A stretch of 64,000 nt of DNA from Longimicrobiales bacterium (GTDB taxonomy: Bacteria > Gemmatimonadota > Gemmatimonadetes > Longimicrobiales > Gaopeijiaceae), in the NCBI GenBank assembly GCA_965116905.1, contig OZ220732.1, positions 1,696,001 through 1,760,000 of the forward strand. Reading direction: 5' to 3'. Every line of letters begins with the position of its first letter. The first letter of the stretch is position 1. Positions 56,444 through 64,000 of the stretch are shown here, one piece after another. A program made the translations under genes and the position numbers. A model generated the notes under the pieces. That model had not been told where the DNA came from. It searched no databases and was given only the letters and a program-made list of their open reading frames with translations.

Positions 56444-58222
56444 ATGAGCGCATTCAATTATGGCCACCACAGCGGACGGACGGGACGACGTGCGTTTCTC
56501 AGGTCGACCGCCCTGGGTGCCGCCGCGGCCGGGCTGGGGGCAGGGGAGCTGTCGGGCGCGTGGGCGCCCTGGGAGCCGCGGAGCGGTGTGGCCAGTGCGT
56601 CGAACGGCTCCCCCACTCCCGACGACGAACGCCGCGCCCTCATCGCCGAGGCCCACTTCGGGCCCAAGACCGCCGCCACGTCCCGGGCCGGCATGGCAAT
56701 CTGCTCGCATCCCCTCGCCACTCGCGAGGCCGTGAAGATCCTGCGTGACGGCGGCAACGCCTGCGACGCCGCGCTGGCCGCGTCCGTCACCCAGACCGTC
56801 GTCGAGCCCCACATGACGGGCATCACCGGTGTGCTGAGCATGCTCCACTTCGATGCCGCCACGGGCGAGACCACCTACGTGAACGGCGGCGCCAACGCCC
56901 CGCTCGCCCCGCTGACCGGGTTCTCGGCCGCCGACATCGCCACCGGCCGCGGCCCCGGCGTGCCCGGATTCTGGGCCGGATTCGAGGCCGCGCTCGCACG
57001 CCATGGGTCCATGCCGCGCCGGCGCATCATGGAAGGCGCGATCACCTTCGCGCGCGACGGCTTCGAGACGCACCCGTTCCTGTGGGGCGAGCTCTTCATC
57101 ATGTGCCACAAGATCGGCATGACCGAGGCCGGGCGCCGCATCTTCATGCCCGACGGCTACATTCCGCGCCCCGGCGAGCTGCTCGTCCAGTCGGAAGCGG
57201 CGGATACCCTGGAGCGGCTCGCGGAGGAGGGCAACGACTATTACTACCACGGCGGCTTCGCGGAGGAGTACTCGGACGTTGTGCAGGCGGCGGGCGGCGT
57301 CATCACGCCCGAGGATTTCGCGCACTACGAGGCCCGCTGGCAGGAGCCGGCGTGGAGCAGCTACCGGGGCTACCGGATCGCGGGCTCGCCGCCGCCGGAT
57401 CACGGCGGTTCGCTCGTGATCGAGATGCTCAACATGATCGAGCTCATGGACCTGCAGGCCCAGGGTCCCCCCAACGAGTCGGCCGAGAGCCTCTACCAGA
57501 TGTCGCGGATCCACAACCTCGTCTTCGAGGAGGGTGGGAAGCAGAACGACCCGGACAGCCATCCGCTGCCCCTGGACGTGATCCTCTCGAAGGACTACGC
57601 CGAAATGCGCTTCAAGCTGTTGCAGATGGGGAGGGCGAACTCCCCGGCGCGGCCTCCGCCCCCGCCCCCGCCGGCGGGAAGCAACCACGTCACGGTCGTG
57701 GACAGAGCCGGCAACACGGCCACGATCCTGCACTCATGCATGTCGCTGCCGTGGAGCAACGGCCTCTTCGCGGCGGGGGTGACCGTGTGCGCGTCCGGCG
57801 CCCACTTCCTGCGCGTCATGCCCCAGCCCGGCCAGCGCGCCACCGCGTACGTCGCGCCCAACATCGTGTACAACCGCCAGGGCACGCCGATGCTCGCGTC
57901 CGGGTCGCCCTCGGTGGGCCTGCTGGCGAACATCGTTCAGAACACCACGAACATCATCGACTTCGGGATCCCCATTGCCGAGTCCGTGCTCCGGCCGCGC
58001 TTCGGGGGCCGGTCGCTGGACGTGCCGGGCTCCAGCATGGTCGAGGCGGACGTGGACGCGGACGTGATCGACAGCGTGCGGGACCGCGGTCACGCCATCG
58101 ACGTCGTCAATCCCTGGAACTGGCACCACGGGGCGTTCGAGGGGATCCACGTCGACCCGGACACGGGCGTACGCAGCGCGTGCGGAGATCCGAGACGGTG
58201 CTCGAAGGCGGAGGGGGAGTAG
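56444..58222 (+). CDS. Tat-exported gamma-glutamyltransferase-fold (Ntn) hydrolase with Ser at the nucleophile position
   Basis: GRRAFL; HPLAT, GGNACDAA, VVEP..TGI.G, GVPG, SPPP..GG, SNHVTVVDRAGN, GSPS, PRF, DPRR. Confidence 0.88.
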   Translation: MSAFNYGHHSGRTGRRAFLRSTALGAAAAGLGAGELSGAWAPWEPRSGVASASNGSPTPDDERRALIAEAHFGPKTAATSRAGMAICSHPLATREAVKILRDGGNACDAALAASVTQTVVEPHMTGITGVLSMLHFDAATGETTYVNGGANAPLAPLTGFSAADIATGRGPGVPGFWAGFEAALARHGSMPRRRIMEGAITFARDGFETHPFLWGELFIMCHKIGMTEAGRRIFMPDGYIPRPGELLVQSEAADTLERLAEEGNDYYYHGGFAEEYSDVVQAAGGVITPEDFAHYEARWQEPAWSSYRGYRIAGSPPPDHGGSLVIEMLNMIELMDLQAQGPPNESAESLYQMSRIHNLVFEEGGKQNDPDSHPLPLDVILSKDYAEMRFKLLQMGRANSPARPPPPPPPAGSNHVTVVDRAGNTATILHSCMSLPWSNGLFAAGVTVCASGAHFLRVMPQPGQRATAYVAPNIVYNRQGTPMLASGSPSVGLLANIVQNTTNIIDFGIPIAESVLRPRFGGRSLDVPGSSMVEADVDADVIDSVRDRGHAIDVVNPWNWHHGAFEGIHVDPDTGVRSACGDPRRCSKAEGE

Positions 58223-58241
58223 GGGACCTCGGCCAAACGAA

Positions 58242-58682
58242 TCAGCCGAACGAGATGTACCCTCCCATCTGGAAGAGCACGATGGCCGGGTCGCGCGAGA
58301 AATCGCCGAAGTGGACGATGAAGCGGGCTCCGTAGCGCCGCCCGAACGCCAGGCTCGCGCCGATGGTCTCGGACACCTCTCCGCCGTCGTACTCGATGCC
58401 CAGACGCAGCGCCGGGCGCACGAACCAGCCGGGACGTCCGAGCAGGACCGACGCTCCGACCCGGTTGGCCGTCCCCGCCAGGTCCACGCAGCGGTAGTTC
58501 TCCACCATGCCGTACAGGGACACCGGCCCGGCGACCCGCCCGTTGATGCCGACATAGCGTGCGGGGCACGCGATGGTGTTGCCGCCCACGATGCCGGCTT
58601 CGAGCATCATCCGGCCTGGCGTATCCTGCGCCTGCACCTGCGAGGGCAGCACAGCCAGAAACACGAGCGCCAGCTTCCGCAA
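58242..58682 (-). CDS. Small secreted protein, probable outer-membrane beta-barrel
   Basis: TTG start 1 nt after the groES stop; signal ending AQ; amphipathic strands; C-terminal GGYISF. Confidence 0.55.
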   Translation of the reverse strand: MRKLALVFLAVLPSQVQAQDTPGRMMLEAGIVGGNTIACPARYVGINGRVAGPVSLYGMVENYRCVDLAGTANRVGASVLLGRPGWFVRPALRLGIEYDGGEVSETIGASLAFGRRYGARFIVHFGDFSRDPAIVLFQMGGYISFG

Positions 58683-58683
58683 C

Positions 58684-59070
58684 CTAGAACAACCCCTCCA
58701 CCCCGCCGTCCTTCTCCCTTACCAGGGTGAGGATCGCAGCCTGCGGCACAACCAGGTACTCCTTGCCCTCGAAGCTGATCTCGACGGACGCCTTGCGGAA
58801 GAAGATGGCGAAGTCGCCGACCTGGGCCTGCACGGGCAGGTAGCGCGCTTCGCCCGAGCCGATCTTCCACGGCTCCTCGTCGAGTTCGGTAGGCGCCCCG
58901 ATCGGCGTCCCCGGCCCCACGGCCAGGACGCGGCCGCCCTGCACGGACTGCTGGTCCACCGCCGACGCCGGAAGGTACAGCCCCACCTTGGACCGGCCCT
59001 CGCCCACCTCGGGCTCGATCAGGACGCGGTCGCCGACCACGATGAGCTGCTTGCCGCCTTCGCCTTTCAT
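58684..59070 (-). CDS. groES: GroES-family co-chaperone (stand-alone, with insertion)
   Basis: GDRVLI, GLYLP mobile loop, G.V.AVGPG, VGD..IF, EI.FEG.EYLV. Confidence 0.85.
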   Translation of the reverse strand: MKGEGGKQLIVVGDRVLIEPEVGEGRSKVGLYLPASAVDQQSVQGGRVLAVGPGTPIGAPTELDEEPWKIGSGEARYLPVQAQVGDFAIFFRKASVEISFEGKEYLVVPQAAILTLVREKDGGVEGLF

Positions 59071-59081
59071 GGGTGCTCCCC

Positions 59082-60488
59082 TCAGGTCCGCGGACGCGCG
59101 TCCTTGATGATCTGGCCGTCCTTCATCACGAAGTCAACCTGTTCCAGCTCGGTGATGTCGTCCAGCGGGTCGCCGTCCACCGCGATGATGTCCGCCACCA
59201 TCCCGGGCCGCAGCGTCCCCACCTCGTCCTCGATGCCGAGCACCTGCGCCGCGTTCCAGGTCGCCGCGCGGATCGCGTCCATCGGACTCATCCCCAGCCG
59301 CACCAGCTCGGCGAACTCGCGCGCGGCCCACTCGTGCGGGAAGATCGTGTCCGAGCCGAAGGCGATCTTCACCCCGGCTTGAATCGCGCGCCGGACGTTG
59401 TCGTCGCGGGTTTCCATCAGCACCCGGCCCTTCGCGACGCTCTCTGCCGGGTAGCCCAGGGCGGGCCCCTCCTCGACCACGTAGTTGAGCACGTAGATGG
59501 TCGGGATCAGCCATGTCCCCCGCGCCTTCATCATCTCGATCGCCTCTTCGTCGATCAGGATCCCGTGCTCGACGCTGTTCACCCCCGCCGCGATCGCCTG
59601 CTTGAGGCCCTCGGTGCCGATCGCGTGTACGGTGATCCGGCGCCCCAGCCGGTGCGTCTCGTCGACCGCGGCCTGCATCTCCTCGTCGACATAGGCGGTG
59701 TGCGTGGGGTCGTCGCCCGCCGACATGACCCCGCCCGTCGCCATGATCTTGATCCAGTCGGCCCCGTACTTGACCTGCTCGCGGATCATGGCGCGGATCT
59801 CGTCGACGCCGTTGACCGTGCGCGTGGGCGTCTGGATGGCGGCGTCCGGCGCCAGCGTGTTGAGGTCGCCGTGGCCGCCGGTGGGTCCCAGGGCGTGCGG
59901 CGCCACGAAGAGACGCGGACCCGGGTGCTCCCCCGCCGCAATCGAGCGCTTGATCGAGACAATGGCGTAGTGGGTATCGAAGTCGCCGGGGTTGCGCACG
60001 GTGGTGAAGCCCGCGTGCAGCATCTTCTGGGCGGCGTGGAGGCCGTCGAGCGCGCGGTCCGCACTGGAGCGGTCGAGTTCGCTGACCGGCCCGTCCGGCT
60101 TGATGAGCAGGTGCGTGTGCAGGTCCATCATGCCGGGCAGGCAGGTGCCGCTCCGGATGTCGAGCGCGCGGTCCACGCCGTCGGGGACCGCGGTGCCGTC
60201 GCGCAGTTCGGCGACGCGGCCGTCCCGCACGATGACCGTGACGTTCTCGCGGGCCTCGGCCGAGATGCCGTCGATGAGCCGTCCGCAACGCAGCGCGGTG
60301 GTCTGGGCGGAGAGGGGGGCGGACGTGACGGGTGTGGCGGGGAGGAGGGCGGTGGGAACGAGAACGACCGCCATGAGCGCGGCCACGTGGCCGCGCGGGC
60401 GGGTCGGCCTCATGCAGGCGCGCCTGCGGGAACGGCCAGCCACGCGCGGACGGTTGGCCGCGAGGGTTCCGTCGTGCTTGGTTCTCAT
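59082..60488 (-). CDS. Amidohydrolase family (Xaa-Pro dipeptidase-like)
   Basis: PGMMDLHTH, GFTTVR, TGGHGD, IKIMATGGV, HA.G, SVEHG, FGSD, G..ADIIAV.GDPL.DI. Confidence 0.9.
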   Translation of the reverse strand: MRTKHDGTLAANRPRVAGRSRRRACMRPTRPRGHVAALMAVVLVPTALLPATPVTSAPLSAQTTALRCGRLIDGISAEARENVTVIVRDGRVAELRDGTAVPDGVDRALDIRSGTCLPGMMDLHTHLLIKPDGPVSELDRSSADRALDGLHAAQKMLHAGFTTVRNPGDFDTHYAIVSIKRSIAAGEHPGPRLFVAPHALGPTGGHGDLNTLAPDAAIQTPTRTVNGVDEIRAMIREQVKYGADWIKIMATGGVMSAGDDPTHTAYVDEEMQAAVDETHRLGRRITVHAIGTEGLKQAIAAGVNSVEHGILIDEEAIEMMKARGTWLIPTIYVLNYVVEEGPALGYPAESVAKGRVLMETRDDNVRRAIQAGVKIAFGSDTIFPHEWAAREFAELVRLGMSPMDAIRAATWNAAQVLGIEDEVGTLRPGMVADIIAVDGDPLDDITELEQVDFVMKDGQIIKDARPRT

Positions 60489-60492
60489 CCTT

Positions 60493-61632
60493 CTAACCTC
60501 CCCATACCTGGCGGTAGACCCGCATCCAGTTGAGTCCGCAGACCTTGTCGATTTCCTCCTGCGTCCAGCCGCGGGCGCGCAGACCGTCGACCAGGTTCGG
60601 GAGTTCGGTGATGACCTCGAATCCGCGGACGTAGTTGATCGGGGTCTGCTCGCTGGCCATCTCGCGGCCGAAGAGCACGATGTCGGGGTCGATGCCGCCC
60701 TGGCGCCCCCAGGTGAAGTCGGCGCCGATTCCGACATGGTCCGGCCCGACCAGACGCTTCAGATAGTCATAATGGTCGAGCAGAACGTCGATGCCAACCT
60801 GCGGGGTGGAGCGGACGCCGCGGTCGGCGCGGTTGCGGGCCACGAAGTCGTTGATCGCGGACAGGCCGATGACGCCACCGGAGTTGGCGATGGCCTCGAA
60901 CACGCGGTCGCTGGTGTTTCGGGGGTTGTCGCATAGCGCCGCCACGTTGGTGTGCGTGCACACGATCGGGACGCCCTCGGACATGGCGATCGCGTCCAGG
61001 GTGGTCTGCTCGCCCGTGTGCCCGCCCACGTCCAGGATGATGCCCAGGCCGTGGATCTCCTCGACCAGGCGGCGGCCCGCCCGCGTGATGCCGAGGTGCG
61101 GCTCGACGCAGCCGGCGCCGAATGCGTTGACGGTGTTGTAGGTGAGGTTGACGAAGCGCAGACCGAGGTGGTAGTAGGCGCGGAGCGCGGTGGTGTGGGC
61201 GGGGATCTGGTCGCCCACGAATAGCCCCTGGCCGGACTTGTCGCCCAGCGGGGTGGCGGTCTGCCAGCCGAGCATCAGCCCGACCTTGCCCTCGGCCTGG
61301 GCGCGCTCGAGGTCGGCGGCGGTCGTGGCGATAAGGATCCTGTCGGGGTTCTCGTCGACGTAGCGCCACGCGTCGGCGAACGAGTGGATCTCGGAGAGCG
61401 TCTTGTGCCAGCCGGTCACGCCGGCCTGGCGGACGAGGCCGACGTATTCGTCGTTGAGGGTCGAGGGGCTGAGGCCGTCGATGACGATGGGTTGCTGGGG
61501 CGCGGGGGTGGTCGCGGGTGGGTCCGCGGTGTCGGGCCCGGTGATTCGTGCTGCCAGGGGTGTTGCGGTTGTTGCGGCGCCCGCGGTGGCGCCTGCGGCG
61601 ACGGCGGTGCCAATGAACTCACGTCGTTCCAT
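60493..61632 (-). CDS. Membrane dipeptidase (M19) family, Tat-exported
   Basis: ERREFI; LTYN..N..G.G, G.T..GR, THTN, PRN..D, GGVIG, DHVGIGADF, G.NW.RV. Confidence 0.88.
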   Translation of the reverse strand: MERREFIGTAVAAGATAGAATTATPLAARITGPDTADPPATTPAPQQPIVIDGLSPSTLNDEYVGLVRQAGVTGWHKTLSEIHSFADAWRYVDENPDRILIATTAADLERAQAEGKVGLMLGWQTATPLGDKSGQGLFVGDQIPAHTTALRAYYHLGLRFVNLTYNTVNAFGAGCVEPHLGITRAGRRLVEEIHGLGIILDVGGHTGEQTTLDAIAMSEGVPIVCTHTNVAALCDNPRNTSDRVFEAIANSGGVIGLSAINDFVARNRADRGVRSTPQVGIDVLLDHYDYLKRLVGPDHVGIGADFTWGRQGGIDPDIVLFGREMASEQTPINYVRGFEVITELPNLVDGLRARGWTQEEIDKVCGLNWMRVYRQVWGG

Positions 61633-61706
61633 GGGTGACTCCAGTGTGGGGCGGTAGGCACCGCTCAGGAGAGCGTTTGCGCGGTCGAAGGGCAAGACCT
61701 CGATGC

Positions 61707-62837
<1,131 letters not shown>

Positions 62838-62868
62838 GGGACCCCAAAACTACATGCTACGGTGGCCG

Positions 62869-64000
62869 ATGGAGAGACGCGGTGCAGATGCGGAGGGCGG
62901 TGCGACTTCGGTCAGCCCGACACCGGCCGGCGCGACACCGGTCGGTGCGACACCAGTCGGCGCGATCCATCGGAGCGTGATCGGATGCGGGGCGGCCGTC
63001 GTCGCGCTGGTCCTGGCCACCGGCCTGCTCGTCGGGGGCGGTGAACTGCCCGCCGGCCTGCTCGTCGTCGGCGGTGACCTGCCCGTCGGCGGTGGCCGTT
63101 CGTTCCACAGCGTCCGGGCCGAGGTGACCCCTACCGTGGAACTGCCAGGACTCCCGCTGGCGCAGGTGTCGGCGGGCGACGTGGAGCTGCGCGACCTGGA
63201 CAGTCTCGCGGCGACGACGCTCATCCTGGTTGCGATGGCCGTGGTGACCGCCCTGGTGAGTCTGCTGGGCGTCATTGCGTCCGAGAGCCTGGCTCTGGAG
63301 GGGCGCAGGGTCGTGCGGGTCATGCTGGGAGCGCCCCCACGCGCGATGGTTCGCCGGACGGTTCGGCGCTGGTCGTGGCGCATGTCGTGGGCCGCGCTGG
63401 CCGGCGGCGGGCTGGCGGTCGCGGCCGCGCTGGCGATGCGGGAGCTGGCACCTCCCGGCATCTCCTTTCAGCGGCCGTCCCTCGCCGCCGCAGCGGCCGG
63501 ACTCACCGCCGTTGCGGCGATCACGGTGCTCTATGCCGTGGTGCCGGTGGTCAACCTGCACCGCTCCGGCAGACCACTGCTGCAACGTGCCGAGAACCTG
63601 CAACTCACCGACCCGAGGCCGCGTCAGTTCAACCGCGTCCTGCGCATGACCCTGCAGCTGACGATCGCGGTCACCGTCATCACGTCGTCGGCGCTGCTGG
63701 TGTATTCGGATCGCCGGGGTCAGGTGGGTACCGGCCCGGGTGTCATGGCACGCGAGCCGCTGGGCGAGCCGCAGGGCGAGACGCAGGGCGAGACGATGAT
63801 CGGCCTCGTGTCGCCCGCAGATCCGGATCGTGGCGAAATGGCGGGGCGCGCCGCGGTGTACGCGTCCGCTCTGGAGGCCGTGCGCGCCGTGCCCGAACTG
63901 GTCGCGGAGAGTCTAGCGACGCCTGGAGCCTGGCTCGACCTCGGTGCCGAGGGGATGGCCCAGAACGAGTGCGGCCGATGCTCGAACGGCGGCTTGCCCG
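62869..64000 (+). CDS. Divergent FtsX/MacB-like ABC permease; runs off the right edge, start uncertain
   Basis: Not in the ORF track. Frame is open from 62854 to the end; TM helices, RRVVRVMLGA, LQLTIAV....ALL, YASALEAVRAVP...AESLA. Confidence 0.65.
   Translation, partial: MERRGADAEGGATSVSPTPAGATPVGATPVGAIHRSVIGCGAAVVALVLATGLLVGGGELPAGLLVVGGDLPVGGGRSFHSVRAEVTPTVELPGLPLAQVSAGDVELRDLDSLAATTLILVAMAVVTALVSLLGVIASESLALEGRRVVRVMLGAPPRAMVRRTVRRWSWRMSWAALAGGGLAVAAALAMRELAPPGISFQRPSLAAAAAGLTAVAAITVLYAVVPVVNLHRSGRPLLQRAENLQLTDPRPRQFNRVLRMTLQLTIAVTVITSSALLVYSDRRGQVGTGPGVMAREPLGEPQGETQGETMIGLVSPADPDRGEMAGRAAVYASALEAVRAVPELVAESLATPGAWLDLGAEGMAQNECGRCSNGGLP
62902..63090. repeat. In-frame tandem repeats: 15-bp x4 (ATPVG-like) and 33-bp x2 (GLLV.GG.LP.)
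   Basis: gcgacaccggtcggt-like units at 62902-62965; ggcctgctcgtc...ctgcccg units at 63022-63087. Confidence 0.85.

Overview
High-GC (visually about 70%), gene-dense chromosomal window with about 55 CDS and one tRNA-Pro(GGG). It has no rRNA, CRISPR array, integrase or transposase. The gene style (many Sec/Tat-exported S9 peptidases, amidohydrolases, BNR and beta-propeller proteins, barrel-less TonB-plug protein) suggests a Gemmatimonadota-like heterotroph, possibly host-associated; this is inference. Content is dominated by peptide and amide scavenging. Main points of interest: (1) a 13.4 kb co-oriented run joining a P1 peptidase, an SSS transporter and a Cys/Thr-type trans-3-hydroxyproline dehydratase to a Gfo/Idh/MocA-TIM-barrel-DUF1080 3-keto-glycoside module and two M66-like lipoprotein metalloproteases flanking a small beta-barrel; (2) two Tat-exported GGT-fold enzymes lacking gamma-glutamyl-binding motifs, one with Ser in place of the catalytic Thr; (3) an intact MazEF-type pair and an orphan higA preceded by the last 10 codons of a deleted higB; (4) a frameshifted mtnA; (5) two genes that seem to need non-canonical (ATT, CTG) starts overlapping the upstream stop; (6) a consensus sigma-54 promoter ahead of a small membrane protein and an NBD-less ABC membrane protein; (7) recurrent short tandem duplications centred on start and stop codons. 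All family calls come from motif recognition by eye, with no database search.
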